Source of the DNA: Piromyces finnis finn
Lineage: Eukaryota; Fungi; Neocallimastigomycota
Reading direction: 5' to 3'
Length of the DNA: 64,000 nucleotides
Assembly: GCA_002104945.1 (NCBI GenBank)
Contig: MCFH01000003.1
Span: forward strand, 124,001-188,000
Shown here: positions 57,499 through 64,000 of the stretch, piece by piece
How positions within the stretch are numbered: the stretch's first letter is position 1
How the letters are laid out: every line of letters starts with the position of its first letter
Program-made: the position numbers and the translations under genes
Notes under the pieces: model-generated
Seen by the model: only the letters and a program-made list of their open reading frames with translations
Database searches by the model: none
Told to the model about the DNA's origin: nothing

Positions 57499-60400
57499 GT
57501 TGATTATAAATTTTCTAATTTTATATTTTCATATATTTATTTATGTAATAATTTCTATGTAAAAATTTTTATTGTAATATGACTGAAAAATAAATAAACA
57601 AACTTGATAATAGGATATTTATATTTTCTATTATTATTATTGTTGTTGTTATTGTTATTGTTATTATTATTATTGTTGTTGTTACTGTTATTGTTATTAT
57701 TATTATTTATTGTTATTATTGTTGTTATTATTGTTGTTGTTGTTATTTTTTTTATTTTACTCTTTTTATTTTCTTTTATCTTTTCAAATTAAAAAAAAAA
57801 AAAATTATTAAAAGAAACGATAATAAAGTGAATAGATTTAAATAAAACTATGCCTTTTTTTAGTTTTGAATATTTGTAAATTTTATTTTGTTATATATAT
57901 TAAAGCCTAAATCCAACTAAATAATTTATTTCTAAAAGTAAAATCTACTGATGTAAACATAATTTTTACCGATAAAATCCAAATTTTTTATTATATTATT
58001 GTATCTACTGTTTGTTTCAGTATTTAATTATCGAGAAACATTATATAAAAAATGGTTATAAATATATAATTATAAAATAATAATAATGAATTAGTTTTAT
58101 ATAAATTTATTTTTTGTGTTTTTCATTTGTTTTTATATACTTTCAAAAATAAAAGAAAAAGAACGAAAAAACTATTTTGATATTATTTATATTTTATTAG
58201 TTTTTATATTTAATAAGGTTAATTTTCTTAATAAATTTCTCTTTTTTATTTACTCATTTAAAAAAGAGAACATTTTAAACTTTCTTTTAATATAAATAAT
58301 AGTTGTTGTTGGGAGGGTTTTTTTTTTTTTTTTTTTTTTTCTTCTTCTTTAATAATTTGATATTACATTGAATATATATAAAAATTAAAAAATAAAATAA
58401 AATAAAAAAGTAATATTATATTTTCAAATATTAAAATAAAATTTACCTACATAACACTATTACAATTCTGGTAAAATTGGTATCAAAACTAATATTTTTT
58501 AAAAAGTTAACTAAACGATTAATTTATTTATTTATTTAAAATTCTTTTTTCTTTAATTTTCTTTCTTTTTTTTTTTTTTTTTATGAATTTTCTTTTTTAA
58601 CTTTTTATTATAAATGTGCTTGGAAAAGATATTGTCTATCCATCAAGTATAAACAAAACTTTGAATTCTTTTTCTTTTTTTTTATTATTGAATTTTAAAT
58701 ATAAAAAAAAAATAATAAATTGGTCTTTTATTTATTTTTTCTTTTATTTGTTAATTTATTTTTATTTTTTTATTATAATAAATTGACTTTCTTTAATTAT
58801 TAAAAAAAAAAAAAAGGAAAAAAAAAGGAATTAACACAAGCAAGATGGTTTCTTTATTTCTTTTTTTTTTTTTTTTTCTATATTATTATTTTTTACTATT
58901 ATTTTTTTTTTGTTTTGTTTTATTATCATTTAATTTAGAGTTTTTATTCAAATTAACAATTTACGTAAGGATTAGGCTATGAAACTTTATAAGAATACAG
59001 TCAGTTGATATTCATATGCATGCTGTGATTTTATGATTAAATACCATATTTTTATTATCAAATTGCATATTTTATTATGATTTATTCGTCAATGATTGGT
59101 TCAAAAAATAGAATTTTAGATATTAAAAAAATTTTTAAAACAAATTTCTTTTTAATATTCTTTCTAAAAAAAAAAAAAATATAATAAAAGAGGAAAAGAA
59201 AAAAAAAAAGTAAATATTAATAATATATTTAAGAAAGAATTGGAAGGGATAAAAGTTTTATTTCTTAAAAAAAAAAAAAGAATGATTTCTTAAATAATTA
59301 AAAAAGAAAAAAAAAAAAGAGTAAATCGTGGTCTTATTCTTGGTAGATTAAATTCTTAAATATCTATTTAAGAAACTGAGCTACGAAAGAATAAAAATAT
59401 CTATATATTAAATTATTTTTATATCTAAATTCTTTTTTATTTTATTCCTACTGAAAAGAACTTGGATAATTTAATCATAGATACAAAATAAAAAAAAAAA
59501 AATAGGAAAGAAAATAATATTAATTTTTTTATTATAGAATTTATAATAAAAGAATAATACTATTTTGATGATTATTATTATTAAATAATATAAAAATATT
59601 ACCCATGGTCAATTAACCTTATGTTTTAAAATAAAAAATAAGCAATAAGGCTACTAAGCTGTGGAATATCAATTACTTTAAAATACATAAACCAAAAAAA
59701 TAAATATTTCTTTATAAATATTTATTTAATTTTTAAAGTAACATTTTATTTATTAAAACTCTTTTATATCACATTATTAAATTGTTTTAATGATGGGATA
59801 TAAAAGCTTAAAATATGGAAGAGTTTATAATCTAAGTAAAAAACTGTCCGTCCTGAATTTTCTATTTGATATAGGTCTTTTCTCTCAAATATATGTTTTG
59901 AGTTTTGATCTTTTTTTTTTTTGCATAAAATGCATTATGTTTAAAAAAACACTGTTAAAATGAATATATTTTTTTTTGTTATTATTTTAATGTCTTTTTC
60001 TTTTTCCTATCCTTATTTTTCTATTTAATATTTAAACTTGAGCAATTGATATTAAATGAATATTTTTTTTTTTTAAAATATTGAACTGTTCTTGTCTCTT
60101 CTGTGGTTTGCATTTTATCATTTAAAACTTTGCCTTATTACGATTAAATTGATTTATATGTCCTTGGTATTAATTAATTCTTCAGTATATAAGAAATGCG
60201 TTTCTAATTTTTTTTATTGTCATAACAATGGTACGCTTTTTATCAGATTAATAGGAGTATTTGATGAAATGAAAAATGAAAAGTTTTTTATGTAGTAGTC
60301 AAAATAAATTAAAGCAACAACAACTCTAATTATGCGTATATACTTATTAAAAAAAAAAAAAGGAATAGAATTACAGGGGTAAGAAGAAATAAAACTTTTA

Positions 60401-61068
60401 ATAAAATTGTAGTTTGAGTATTTTTTAAGTTTTAGCACCTTACTGTCTAATTCAAAACTTTTAAACTAGGATGATAAATAAATGTATTCGATTAAAATAG
60501 ACAAAGTTGTAATTGATTAAAAAAAAAAAGAATATTCAAAAAAAAAAATTTTTTTTTTTTCATAAAGTTATATTTAAAATAAACACAATGACTAAAAATT
60601 ATATATGCATTTACTTATATTTACTTATTACCCTAATTATTATTTAAAAAAAAAAAAAAAAAAAAAATTTAAACAGTAATGTTTAGATTACAACAACTTT
60701 TTTTTTTTTTTTCTATAACTTTACAGCCATTATCCATGATTTTTATATTATTAAAAGTAAAAATTGGATTAATCATCAGTTGTTAATCTGTTCTCTCTAT
60801 ATACAGACACAGAGATCCTTTTATTGTAATTTCTTTTTTTTTTATTTTTTTTTTATTTTTTTTTATAAATCTATTTATTTTATTATTATTATTATTTATT
60901 TATTTATTATTTATTATTATTCTAAAATAATAATAATGAGGTATATTATATAAAATGTATATATAAATGTATATATTAATAGAAGAAAAAAAATAGTATT
61001 ATAAAAGTGACATGATATAAATATAAAATTCATTAACTATGATGTAAGGATTTTATTTTTTTTTTTTT

Positions 61069-64000
<2,932 letters not shown>

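Noticed and set aside
57500-61068. ncRNA, snoRNA or kinase exons in the long intergenic gap
   Set aside because: No tRNA fold, convincing C/D or H/ACA box pair, or protein-like frame could be identified by eye; a covariance-model search is needed.

Overview
Extremely AT-rich, intron-containing eukaryotic DNA full of (AAT)n tracts, most consistent with an anaerobic gut fungus (Neocallimastigomycota). This taxon is inferred from composition and gene content. The window has two halves. (1) 1-28.5 kb is an island of nested LTR retrotransposons that can be resolved to the base using 5-bp target-site duplications (TSDs). A degenerate Ty1/copia (15537-28496) carries two solo LTRs, and one of these carries a young, intact chromodomain Ty3/gypsy (20964-26926). 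The island also has a second truncated copia, a truncated gypsy gag-pol, integrase fragments, further solo LTRs and an orphan pseudogene. (2) 31-64 kb holds spliced host genes: a plant-type LRR receptor-like protein, a large single-pass Ig-like/Asn-rich membrane protein, IES6, an Ssr4-like SWI/SNF-RSC subunit, GPI11/PIG-F, mevalonate kinase, an EamA/SLC35-type transporter and the 3' part of a BUB1/MAD3 gene. The most notable signals are as follows. None of the four elements with a readable 5' end has a canonical TGG-type tRNA primer-binding site (PBS). Two different copia families have TG...TA LTRs and a PBS matching the anticodon arm of tRNA-Lys(CUU), suggesting half-tRNA priming. Two gypsy elements show Tf1-like self-priming geometry. 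The LRR receptor has no kinase but carries a QNQNFN repeat outside the cell and a 21-aa Tyr-rich repeat inside. The BUB1/MAD3 gene appears to end without a kinase. All calls come from reading the sequence; no database searches were run.
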